Source: an uncultured Gemmatimonadales bacterium
GTDB lineage: Bacteria > Gemmatimonadota > Gemmatimonadetes > Gemmatimonadales > GWC2-71-9
Direction of reading: 5' to 3'
Assembly: GCA_963795085.1 (NCBI GenBank)
Contig: CAWCFX010000002.1
Location: 224,001 to 288,000, forward strand
DNA length: 64,000 nucleotides
The translations under genes were made by a program, and so were the position numbers. The notes beneath the pieces are model-generated. The model did not search any database. It was not told where the DNA came from and saw only the letters and a list, made by a program, of their open reading frames with translations. Shown piece by piece: positions 57,683-64,000 of this stretch. Each line of letters begins with the position of its first letter. Position 1 is the first letter of the stretch.

Positions 57683-58528
57683 ATGAACCTTCCCGGGGGC
57701 TGGACCCTCCCCGCACGTGCCGCACGCCAGGCGCTCACCCTCCTCGGGCGGGCCGCCGGCCGCCCCGACCTCGGCCACGTGCTGCCCGATTTCCTCGTCC
57801 TCGGCGCCATGAAGGCCGGCACCACCACCCTCTTCGCCGCCCTCACCGCGCACCCCCACGTGATCCGCTCCCGCCGCCGGGAGATCCACTTCTTCGGCAG
57901 CCGGTTCCACCGGGGCGTCGCCTGGTACCGCCGCCACTTTCCTACCGGGTGGGAGCTTCGCCGCTACGGCGCCATCACGGGCGAAGGCTCCACCTCCTAC
58001 CTTGCCAACCGGGACGCTCCGGAATGGATCCGGCAGGTCGTCCCCGGGGCAAGAATGGTGGCCCTGCTGCGCGACCCGGTGGACCGGGCGATCTCCAACT
58101 ACTTCCATGAGCTGCGGACCGGCCGGGAGACCCGGCCCATCGAAGCGGCACTCGGGTCCGGCCCGGAACGGGCCCTCGCGGCGGGGAGCGAGGACGACCG
58201 CATGGATATCTTCAGCTACCGCCGGCGCGGCCACTATGCCGAGCAACTGGAGCGCTACCGGGCGGTGTTTCCCGCCGGCCAGCTGCTGGTACTGCGAAGC
58301 GAGTCGCTCTTCGCCGAGCCCGCGGGGGTCATCGGACAGGTGGCGGCGTTCCTCCGCGTGGATCCGGCGCTGCTGCCTGCCCACACGCCACCCCAGAACC
58401 TGGGCGGCTATGACCCGGCACAGGTCCCCGCCGGCATCTTCGAACGGCTGGCCAGGTACTTTGCCCCCCACAACGAGCGGCTGTACCAGGTAGTCGGGGC
58501 CGACTGGGGTTGGCGTCGCCCGGGATGA
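57683..58528 (+). CDS. PAPS-dependent sulfotransferase (Sulfotransfer_1/3 type)
   Basis: PDFLVLGAMKAGTTTL (5'-PSB), EIHFF and LRDPVDRAISNY (3'-PB). Confidence 0.88.
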   Translation: MNLPGGWTLPARAARQALTLLGRAAGRPDLGHVLPDFLVLGAMKAGTTTLFAALTAHPHVIRSRRREIHFFGSRFHRGVAWYRRHFPTGWELRRYGAITGEGSTSYLANRDAPEWIRQVVPGARMVALLRDPVDRAISNYFHELRTGRETRPIEAALGSGPERALAAGSEDDRMDIFSYRRRGHYAEQLERYRAVFPAGQLLVLRSESLFAEPAGVIGQVAAFLRVDPALLPAHTPPQNLGGYDPAQVPAGIFERLARYFAPHNERLYQVVGADWGWRRPG

Positions 58529-58566
58529 CCTTATTTTCCGGGTTCATCAAGGGAGGCGGGACAACC

Positions 58567-58956
58567 GTGAGAGTTCTGAGCATGATTCTGTTCGCGCTGG
58601 GTGCCGTCGCGGCGCCGGCTGCGGCCCAGCGCGCGGCCCCCGGCGTCATCGGGACCTGGACATTCGACCTCCGCCAGGGCGGTAAGCCGGAGGGCCCCCG
58701 TACGGTGATCGTGCGCGAGGACTCCAGCGCCAGCTACGGCGAAGAAACGGTGCGCTGGCGGATCCAGGGCGACAGCCTCTGGCTGGCGGTGGGCGGGGAA
58801 TGGATGGTCTATGGGTTCCGGGTTCGCGGCAAGCGCCTCACTCTGTCCGGCGGCGACCTGCCGGACCCGATCACGTTCGACAAGACCGGCCCGCCCACGC
58901 CACGGCCGGCCAATGTCCCCGTCCCGAGGGATCCAGGAAAACGGAGTGTTTTCTAA
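58567..58956 (+). CDS. Hypothetical secreted small beta protein (lipocalin-like)
   Basis: GGAGG SD, signal AAA-Q, VIGTW motif. Confidence 0.65.
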   Translation: MRVLSMILFALGAVAAPAAAQRAAPGVIGTWTFDLRQGGKPEGPRTVIVREDSSASYGEETVRWRIQGDSLWLAVGGEWMVYGFRVRGKRLTLSGGDLPDPITFDKTGPPTPRPANVPVPRDPGKRSVF

Positions 58957-59013
58957 CCTCCCATGGTGTTCTCCGCTCGCCGCCCCACAATTCACCTTTC
59001 TCCGGAGCCGTGT

Positions 59014-59406
59014 ATGAGAATCCCGATGGTGCTCTTGAGCCTCGTCATGGTGGCCGTTGTGCTCGCCTGCAGCAAGGGCGACAAGGGTGAAGTCGCCGGT
59101 GGAAATCACGGTAACGACGCCGGCACCGCCTCGACAGATGGAGACGTGGCGGACTTTGTCGCCGCCTGCACCGCATCGAGCAATCTCCCTGGCCCGACCT
59201 GCGAGTGTGCCGGCCGTAAAGCGAAGGCGCAGCTCTCCGCCAAGGGCTACGAGTTCCTGGTGGCCAGCCTGCGGAATGATGCAGAACGGACCACCCAGCT
59301 GCGGGGAGAATTGACGGTCGAGGAAGCCATGACTGCAGGGACGTTCATGGTGCGGGGACCCGCCGAATGTGCCCGGGAACGGGCCGGAACCCCCGACTCG
59401 ATGTAG
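59014..59406 (+). CDS. Hypothetical lipoprotein with Cys motif
   Basis: Lipobox VLAC. FVAAC...CEC...C. Confidence 0.7.
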   Translation: MRIPMVLLSLVMVAVVLACSKGDKGEVAGGNHGNDAGTASTDGDVADFVAACTASSNLPGPTCECAGRKAKAQLSAKGYEFLVASLRNDAERTTQLRGELTVEEAMTAGTFMVRGPAECARERAGTPDSM

Positions 59407-59444
59407 CCCCCGTCGCCTTCGAGACTCTCAGCAGACAGGCACGC

Positions 59445-60362
59445 ATGACGTTCGGCCGGCTCAAACAGCAGGAAGGCCTCTGGACCCGCCTCAAGAAACT
59501 GGCGCTCACCGACGTGGGCGCGCTGGTGCGGAAGCTCAACGCCGCCGACCTCGAGGCGATGGAGCGGCTGCTCATCGAGTCCGACTTCGGGGTTCCCGCC
59601 ACCCTCGACCTGGTCGAAGCGCTGGAAAGCGAATGGCGCCGGGGGAAGCTCAAGAACGAAGGCGACCTTCGGGCCGCGATGATAGACCGGATCACCGCAT
59701 TGCTGGCCGCTCCCGGAGAGCCGGGGGCAATCGCACGTGCCGCCAGCGGGCCGACGGTGGTGCTCGTGGTCGGGGTGAACGGCACCGGCAAGACCACCTC
59801 AGTCGCCAAGCTGGCCCACCGCCTGACCCGGGAAGGTCGCCGAATCATTCTCGCCGCCGCCGACACCTACCGGGCCGGCGCCATAGCCCAGCTGGAGACC
59901 TGGGCCGGCCGGCTCAAATTGCCGGTGGTCTCCGGCGCCTCGGGCGGGGACCCGGCGGCGGTGGCCTTCGACGCACTGGAAGCCGCCACCGCCCGCGGCG
60001 CCGACACGGTCCTGATCGATACCGCGGGGCGGCTCCACACCCAGGAGGGCCTGATGGAAGAACTGGCCAAGGTCAACCGGGTCATCGCCCGGCGGGCGCC
60101 GGGCGCGCCGCACGAGACGCTGCTGGTGCTGGACGGGACGGTCGGCCAGAACGCGGTGCAACAGGGCAAGCTCTTCGCCCAGGCGGTCACCCCCACCGGG
60201 CTCATCGTCACCAAGCTTGATGGCACGGCGCGGGGCGGGGCCGTGGTGGCGCTCCGGCGGGAGCTGGCGTTGCCGGTACGCTTCATCGGGACTGGAGAGG
60301 GGCTCGACGACCTGCGGCCCTTCGACGCCCGGGCCTTCGCGGAAGGGTTGCTGGACTCGTGA
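59445..60362 (+). CDS. ftsY: SRP receptor FtsY (NG domains only)
   Basis: GVNGTGKTT, DTYRAGA, DTAGRL and TKLDGTARGG motifs. Confidence 0.95.
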   Translation: MTFGRLKQQEGLWTRLKKLALTDVGALVRKLNAADLEAMERLLIESDFGVPATLDLVEALESEWRRGKLKNEGDLRAAMIDRITALLAAPGEPGAIARAASGPTVVLVVGVNGTGKTTSVAKLAHRLTREGRRIILAAADTYRAGAIAQLETWAGRLKLPVVSGASGGDPAAVAFDALEAATARGADTVLIDTAGRLHTQEGLMEELAKVNRVIARRAPGAPHETLLVLDGTVGQNAVQQGKLFAQAVTPTGLIVTKLDGTARGGAVVALRRELALPVRFIGTGEGLDDLRPFDARAFAEGLLDS

Positions 60363-60408
60363 TGCGGCCGGCAGGGAGGTTGCGCGGGATCCAGGCCACC
60401 GTGATGTC

Positions 60409-62481
60409 GTGCTGCGCCTAGACACGCCCATCAAGTTCCTCAAGGGCGTAGGCGAGCGCCGCGCCGAGGCGTTCCGCCGGCTCAACATCGAAACCGCGCG
60501 GGACCTGCTCTGGCACCTGCCGCGGCGCTACCTCGACGCCTCCACGATCACCCCGCTCGCGGACGCCCGGGTGGGCGAGGAGCGCTCCTGCCTGGGCCGG
60601 GTGGTGGCGAAGCGGGTCATGCCCACCCGCCGCGGGCTTCGGATGTTCCGGGCGGTGCTCCGGGACGGGAGCGGGGTCCTGGAATGTGTCTGGCCGGGCC
60701 AGCCTTTTCTCGACCGGGTAATCCGGGAGGGCCAGCTGTTGCTGGTGACCGGCCCCATCCGGTTCTACCACGGCCGCCAGATGAGTCCCCGCGAGTTCAT
60801 CGTACTGAGCGAGGACTCGGCCGATGGCGACACTGACGATCCGGGGGCGGCGGGCCGGGTGCTGCCGATCTATCCGGCCACCGAGGGGCTGAGCCACAAG
60901 ATCATCCGGTCACTGGTCAAGCAGCACCTGGAGAGCCTGATCGCTCTCTCCCGGGATCCGGTCTCCCCCGAGCTGACCCGGGACCTGGGCCTTCCCGACC
61001 TGGCAACCGCCTTGCGCGCCGTTCACCATCCCGCCACGCTGGAAGATGCGGAGCAGGGCCGCCGGCGGCTGGCCTTCGATGAGCTGTTCGACCTGCAGGT
61101 GATGCTGGCGCGGGCCCGCGCGGTCGCGAAGCGGCATCGGAGCGGCATCGCGTTCGAGATAAAGCGGACCCTCACCACCGATCTCAAGAAGGCGCTTCCC
61201 TGGCCGCTCACCGACGACCAGAAGAAAGCGCTCCGCGAGATCACCGACGACATGACGTCCACGGAGCGGATGCACCGGCTGCTGATGGGCGATGTGGGCA
61301 CCGGCAAAACCGTGGTGGCGCTCTTCGGCATGCTGCTGGCGGTGGAGAACGATTTCCAGGCCGCGCTTATGGCCCCCACCGAGTTACTGGCGGAGCAGCA
61401 TGCCGCCACCCTCGCGAAGTTGCTGGCCCCGCTCGGCATCCTCCCCGAAGTATTACTGGGGCGGCAGACGGCGTCCGAGAAGGCGGATCGCCGGGTGCGG
61501 CTGGCGCAGGGCGGAGCCCGGCTGGTGGTGGGGACCCACGCCCTCATGCAGGAGTCCGTCACGTTCAAGCGGCTGGGGCTGGTGGTGATTGACGAGCAGC
61601 ATCGCTTCGGCGTGGAGCAGCGGGCGGCGCTGATCGGCAAGGGAGCCGCGCCGGACGTACTTCTCCTGTCGGCGACACCGATTCCCCGGTCTCTCGCGCT
61701 TACTCTTTATGGCGACCTGGACGTCTCCACGCTGCGGCAGCGCCCACCGGGCCGCCAGGAGATCACGACCACGGTGCGGGGGCCGGCCTACCGTGAGCGG
61801 GCCTTCGAGTTTGTGCGGGCTGAGTGCGCCGCGGGCCGCCAGGCGTATATCGTCTTTCCGGTCATCGAGGAGTCGGAACAGACCGATCTCCGGGCGGCGA
61901 CCACAATGGCCACCCAGCTGGCGGCGAAATGGCCGGAGCTGGCGGTGGGCCTGGTGCACGGACGGCTCAAGAACGACGAGCGGGACCGGGTCATGCGGCG
62001 GTTCCGGGCCGGCGAGATCCACGCCCTGGTCGCCACTACCGTGATCGAGGTCGGTATTGACGTGCCCAACGCGACCACGATGGTCATCGAGCACCCGGAG
62101 CGGTTCGGGCTGGCCCAGCTGCACCAGTTGCGGGGCCGGGTGGGCCGGGGGAGCGAGCTGAGTCACTGCATCCTGCTGGCGCCGGGCCGGGTCCCGCCCC
62201 GGCTCAAGGCCTTTGCCGCCACCACTGACGGGTTCAAGATTGCCGAGCTGGACCTGGCGGAGCGGGGCATGGGGGACCTGATCGGGGCCCGGCAGGCGGG
62301 CGGGTTCGAAGTCCGCCACGCCCGGCTTCCCGAGGACGCCGAGCTGCTGGAACGAGCGCGCAGCAAGGCATCGGCCGTCATCGAGGCCGATCCGGCATTG
62401 CAGCGTCCGGCTCACCAGGGGATCCGGGAGCGCGCGCTGGCCCGGTTTCCCCGCGCGGTCGAACTGTTTCGCGTCGGATAA
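60409..62481 (+). CDS. recG: ATP-dependent DNA helicase RecG (start approximate)
   Basis: LKGVG, GDVGTGKT, DEQHRFGV, ATPIPRS and QLHQLRGRVGRG motifs. Confidence 0.96.
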   Translation: MLRLDTPIKFLKGVGERRAEAFRRLNIETARDLLWHLPRRYLDASTITPLADARVGEERSCLGRVVAKRVMPTRRGLRMFRAVLRDGSGVLECVWPGQPFLDRVIREGQLLLVTGPIRFYHGRQMSPREFIVLSEDSADGDTDDPGAAGRVLPIYPATEGLSHKIIRSLVKQHLESLIALSRDPVSPELTRDLGLPDLATALRAVHHPATLEDAEQGRRRLAFDELFDLQVMLARARAVAKRHRSGIAFEIKRTLTTDLKKALPWPLTDDQKKALREITDDMTSTERMHRLLMGDVGTGKTVVALFGMLLAVENDFQAALMAPTELLAEQHAATLAKLLAPLGILPEVLLGRQTASEKADRRVRLAQGGARLVVGTHALMQESVTFKRLGLVVIDEQHRFGVEQRAALIGKGAAPDVLLLSATPIPRSLALTLYGDLDVSTLRQRPPGRQEITTTVRGPAYRERAFEFVRAECAAGRQAYIVFPVIEESEQTDLRAATTMATQLAAKWPELAVGLVHGRLKNDERDRVMRRFRAGEIHALVATTVIEVGIDVPNATTMVIEHPERFGLAQLHQLRGRVGRGSELSHCILLAPGRVPPRLKAFAATTDGFKIAELDLAERGMGDLIGARQAGGFEVRHARLPEDAELLERARSKASAVIEADPALQRPAHQGIRERALARFPRAVELFRVG

Positions 62482-62484
62482 GCC

Positions 62485-62510
62485 GGAACCTGGGCGGCCA
62501 GACGCGCGTA
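62485..62510 (+). promoter_or_regulatory. Putative ECF-sigma promoter
   Basis: GGAACC-N16-CGTA about 45 nt upstream of ATG 62556. Confidence 0.45.
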
Positions 62511-62555
62511 GGTACGGCGTCCCGGCCGTCCCACCATTCAACGAGGTCCTGACCC

Positions 62556-63644
62556 ATGATCCCCATGCGACTGGCACCGCTCGCCCTGGCCCTGGTCTCC
62601 GGGTGCGCTTCCGCGGCGGGTGGCCAGGGGGCCCCCCCTGCGATGGCGGTCCCCGCCGGGGAGCCCCAGGTGCTCTACGTCGCCAACCAGGGGGCCGCCC
62701 GCATTACCCGCATCGACATGCGGACCAACACCGTGCTGGACACGGTCAACCTCGAGCGATTGGGCTTCGCGCCCAATGCCTCGCCCCATGACATCGCGGT
62801 CGAGCCGGACGGCAGCTACTGGTACGTGTCGCTGATCGCAGAAGGCAAGGTCGTCAAGCTGGACCGGAACAACCGGGTGGTCGGCGCCGCCGCCATGGAG
62901 GTGCCGGGCATGATGCACCTGCACCCCTCCAACGGCAAACTGTATGTCACCCGCTCCAGTTCCGCGGTCAATCCGCCCACCCGCATCGGGATCATCGACC
63001 GGGCCACCATGGCCATTGACGAGCTGGACGTCTTCGTGCCCCGGCCCCACGCCATCGGCCTGGACCACCATGGCATCTTTGCCTACGTGGGCAGCCTGGG
63101 CGAGAACCGGATCGCGGTGGTGAACACCCAGACCGATGAAGTGACCCTCAGCAGCATTGACGGGCCGACCCACGCCATCGTCCAGTTTGCCATGGCCCAT
63201 GACGGGTCCTCCATGGCCGCGTCGGCGCAGCTGACCGGCCAGGTCCTGTTCTTTGACATCGGGTCCGCACCGCGCGTCTCTCTCAGCGGCGCCACCCCGG
63301 TCAACGCCCAGCCCTGGCACCCGGTGTACAGCCGTGACGGCACCCGGCTCTACGTCGGCAACTACGCGGCGAACACGGTCACCATCATGGACGCGGCCAC
63401 TCGCCAGGTCACCCGCGTCGTGAGCGGCGAAGGACTCGCCGAGCCCTACGTGGCCTACGTGTCCCCGGACGACCGCTATCTCTACGTATCCAACCGGAAC
63501 CTCAAGGGGACGTTTGTATCCCGGACCAATCCCGGCCAGCCGGTGGGCACCGTGGTCGTGATTGACACCGGCAGCGGCGCCATCGTGAAGGTCATCGAGG
63601 TGCCGGCCTCTCCGACCGGCATGTCCTCCCGGTTCGGGCATTGA
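62556..63644 (+). CDS. YncE/YVTN-type beta-propeller lipoprotein
   Basis: Lipobox VSGC. Repeats LYVAN, PHDIAV.PDG, LYVGN and SPDDRYLYVSN. Confidence 0.85.
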   Translation: MIPMRLAPLALALVSGCASAAGGQGAPPAMAVPAGEPQVLYVANQGAARITRIDMRTNTVLDTVNLERLGFAPNASPHDIAVEPDGSYWYVSLIAEGKVVKLDRNNRVVGAAAMEVPGMMHLHPSNGKLYVTRSSSAVNPPTRIGIIDRATMAIDELDVFVPRPHAIGLDHHGIFAYVGSLGENRIAVVNTQTDEVTLSSIDGPTHAIVQFAMAHDGSSMAASAQLTGQVLFFDIGSAPRVSLSGATPVNAQPWHPVYSRDGTRLYVGNYAANTVTIMDAATRQVTRVVSGEGLAEPYVAYVSPDDRYLYVSNRNLKGTFVSRTNPGQPVGTVVVIDTGSGAIVKVIEVPASPTGMSSRFGH

Positions 63645-63664
63645 GGCCGACGGGGCGCTTCCTC

Positions 63665-64000
63665 GTGATCCGCGGGTGGCTGCTGCCGGCCGGCCTGGCG
63701 CTCGTGGGCTGCGCGCCGGCCCTCTCCCAGGGGGCCCCGTCCCGAACGGGGTACCTCCGGGTCACCGACAGCATCGAAGTGTACGATTCCGCCGGAGGCC
63801 GGGTCGCGCATCCCTTTACCGGCGGCTTCAACGTCCCCCGTCCCCAGTTTGCCGACATTGACGGCGACGGCGATGCCGACCTCTTCATCCAGGAGCGCAC
63901 CGGGGAAGTCAGCTTCTTCGAGCGGACCGGCACCGGCCCGAACCCGGTGTACGCCTGGCGGACCGACCGGTACCAGGGCCTCGAAGTGGGCGAGTGGTTT
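63665..64000 (+). CDS. FG-GAP/VCBS repeat lipoprotein (3' truncated by window)
   Basis: GTG start, lipobox LVGC, HPFTGGFNVPRPQFADIDGDGDADLF. Confidence 0.75.
   Translation, partial: MIRGWLLPAGLALVGCAPALSQGAPSRTGYLRVTDSIEVYDSAGGRVAHPFTGGFNVPRPQFADIDGDGDADLFIQERTGEVSFFERTGTGPNPVYAWRTDRYQGLEVGEWF

Noticed and set aside
57683..58528. Sulfotransferase as part of a biosynthetic cluster
   Set aside because: Isolated gene with no neighbouring glycosyltransferase, PAPS-synthesis or PKS/NRPS genes.

Overview
Very GC-rich (roughly 70% by eye), gene-dense bacterial chromosome segment. Gene content and protein style suggest a Gemmatimonadota-like Gram-negative bacterium (inference). Most of the window is housekeeping: arcC-sucCD-ndk, yceD-rpmF-plsX-fabH-fabD-fabG-acpP-fabF, pyrR-pyrB-pyrC, rpsT, scpAB-rluB, a MoxR/DUF58/VWA (Bat-type) operon, mutL-miaA-bshA-uppP-birA-coaX, CIRCE-controlled groES-groEL and ftsY-recG, plus one tRNA-Ser(GGA). 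No integrase, transposase, prophage or CRISPR array was seen. The main candidate novelties are: (1) a copper-uptake operon (TonB receptor, BNR lipoprotein, CopC, CopD) headed by a secreted Cys/His-rich leader ORF ending LPPATAPP, whose Pro-Pro codons are complementary to the downstream Shine-Dalgarno, i.e. a candidate CruR/CutF-like ribosome-stalling switch with a non-canonical arrest motif; (2) a five-gene ECF sigma operon whose anti-sigma and outer-membrane protein both carry extracytoplasmic CBM48-like glycogen-binding domains; (3) a secreted, cysteine-free protein with the full PHM/DBH-type two-copper ligand set; (4) dispersed intergenic 7/8/9-mer tandem and palindromic repeats. Two single-base frameshifts at the fabH/fabD junction are probably sequencing errors.
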